Source: a bacterium (lineage in GTDB: Bacteria; UBA10199; 2-02-FULL-44-16; DYJF01). Taken from it: 16,496 nt of DNA. Where the stretch lies: positions 1-16,496 of the forward strand of contig JBGSNL010000086.1 in assembly GCA_041739675.1 (NCBI GenBank), written 5' to 3'. How positions within the stretch are numbered: position 1 is the first letter of the stretch; each line of letters opens with the position of its first letter. Below, piece after piece: positions 15,262-16,496 of the stretch. The position numbers were made by a program, and so were the translations under genes. The notes beneath the pieces are model-generated. The model was not told the DNA's origin. It did no database searches and saw only the letters and a program-made list of their open reading frames with translations.

Positions 15262-16296
15262 TTATTCGATTGTTACGGTCGGCGCGTCGTTCGAGCACGG
15301 CCTGACGGTGCCGATTATGTATGCCTTCTCGCCGTGAGCTTTCGCCATGTGGCACAGTTCACCCGCCTGATCCGAATTGACGATGACGACAAGGCCGATG
15401 CCGCAGTTGAAAACTCTGTACATTTCGTTTTCGTCCACCGCGCCTTTCTCGGCAAAGAGTTTCATGAGAGGAGGGAAGGGCCACGAACCCTTGTCGATTT
15501 TTGCCTGGACACCCGGCGGCAGAACGCGCGGGATGTTATCCCAGAACCCGCCGCCCGTTATGTGCGCAATTCCGGTGACGTTGAATTCGCGGATGAGTTT
15601 TAAAACCAGCGGGCTGTAAAGTTTTGTCGGTTCGAGGAGCGCCTCGCCAAGTGTTTTCTCCAGCCCCGCGGCGGGCTTTGTCAGGTCGAGGTTTGCGTCG
15701 CGGACTATTTTTCTGACTAACGCATAGCCGTTGGAATGAAAACCGCTGGACGCCAACCCCACTATTTTCTGATCGACCCTCACTTCGGTTCCGTCCACGA
15801 TCTTTTTTCTGTCAACGACTCCGACGGCAAAACCCGCAAGATCGAAATCGCCCTCGTCGTAGAGATCGGGCATCTCGGCCGTCTCTCCGCCAATGAGCGC
15901 GCAGTTGGTCGTCTTGCATCCGTCCGCTATCCCTTCGATGATGACTTTATGCTCATCCGGTTTCAAATGCCCCATCGCGAAATAGTCGAGGAAGAAGAGG
16001 GGCTCGGCGCCGCAGCACGCAATGTCATTTACGCACATAGCGACGAGATCGATCCCTATCGTGTCGAATTTTTTCAGTTCGATTGCGAGCTTCAGCTTTG
16101 TGCCGACACCGTCTGTTGAGGAGACGAGAACCGGTTCCTTGTATTTTGACGAGTCGAGGGCGAAAAGCCCGCCGTAACCGCCGATGTCGGTCAAGACTCC
16201 GCGCCGCATCGTCTTCTTGATGGCCGGTTTTATAAGATCGACAAAACGATTCCCGGCATCGATATCAACGCCGGCCTGCTTGTATTTATTGTCCAT
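15262..16296 (-). CDS. purM: Phosphoribosylformylglycinamidine cyclo-ligase (AIR synthetase)
   Basis: Motifs YKQAGVDIDAG, TDGVGTKL, DLVAMCVND, GGETAEMP, SSGFHSNGY, HITGGG and FNCGIG. Lies directly upstream of purN. Confidence 0.97.
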   Translation of the reverse strand: MDNKYKQAGVDIDAGNRFVDLIKPAIKKTMRRGVLTDIGGYGGLFALDSSKYKEPVLVSSTDGVGTKLKLAIELKKFDTIGIDLVAMCVNDIACCGAEPLFFLDYFAMGHLKPDEHKVIIEGIADGCKTTNCALIGGETAEMPDLYDEGDFDLAGFAVGVVDRKKIVDGTEVRVDQKIVGLASSGFHSNGYALVRKIVRDANLDLTKPAAGLEKTLGEALLEPTKLYSPLVLKLIREFNVTGIAHITGGGFWDNIPRVLPPGVQAKIDKGSWPFPPLMKLFAEKGAVDENEMYRVFNCGIGLVVIVNSDQAGELCHMAKAHGEKAYIIGTVRPCSNDAPTVTIE

Positions 16297-16363
16297 AGTG
16301 AGCCTGAGCGAATAGCATAATCCAATGAAAAGTCAAATCATGACGCAAAACTCGGAGGCTTTC

Positions 16364-16494
16364 GGGGCAGTGGGGTCATGGGTACGGCGTCGTTTTTGGG
16401 TTACGGCCCAAAAACGCACCTCGTCTCTCGGCGATTGCGGCATCATAACCATGGATGCAATCGCCTCCGAGACGCCCCATGACCCCACAGCCCC
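16364..16494. repeat. ~130-bp element with 19-bp terminal inverted repeats and internal hairpins (MITE/REP-like or structured RNA)
   Basis: GGGGCAGTGGGGTCATGGG (16364-16382) / CCCATGACCCCACAGCCCC (16476-16494), one mismatch. Inner stems CGTTTTTGGG / CCCAAAAACG, CGTCTC / GAGACG and GGCGATTGC / GCAATCGCC. Confidence 0.65.
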
Positions 16495-16496
16495 TA

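Noticed and set aside
281..16119. Numerous short or antisense ORFs in the six-frame track (e.g. 2846-3484 -, 5561-6157 -, 11504-12184 +, 13223-13879 -, 14116-14739 +)
   Set aside because: They overlap well-supported genes on the opposite strand or in another frame and show no recognisable motifs, so they are treated as shadow ORFs.
7339..16296. Functional link between the ppGpp-hydrolase domain and purM/purN, or a toxSAS antitoxin role
   Set aside because: They are about 7 kb apart, on opposite strands and in separate units, and no alarmone synthetase is in the window. Proximity is probably coincidental.
16308..16336. Possible purM sigma70 promoter (TTGACT...TGCTATTCG on the - strand)
   Set aside because: The -35 is good, but the -10 and spacing are poor, so it is not called.

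Overview
Bacterial window, probably from a deltaproteobacterial-type lineage (inference). The left ~10.3 kb is a tandem array of large paralogous hypothetical proteins: 23-2110, 2813-5554, 5725-8754 and a more distant fourth member at 8883-10316. The first three share an N-terminus (MLSGARTE.PS), a conserved C-terminal tail and a conserved 3' terminator hairpin. The two whose upstream region is visible also share a GCAA-N15-GCCGACAA (sigma28-like) promoter block. Each of these three proteins alternates a ~50-aa conserved motif (YY/FF-D/E...PF(L)Y-S/R, 10 copies in total, several clearly chimeric at DNA level) with variable, apparently helical cargo domains, one of which is a MESH1/SpoT-type HD hydrolase. 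A RelB/RelE-like toxin-antitoxin pair sits between paralogs 1 and 2. The array abuts a lone type III export switch gene (SctU/FlhB family) with an NPTE cleavage motif. The right side holds a palindromic repeat, a Pcm-like methyltransferase with a lipoprotein-like signal peptide, an M49-like Zn peptidase, an outer-membrane beta-barrel, purN, purM and a ~130-bp highly structured inverted-repeat element. The best candidate for a novel system is a modular, recombination-shuffled, probably secreted multi-cargo effector family.
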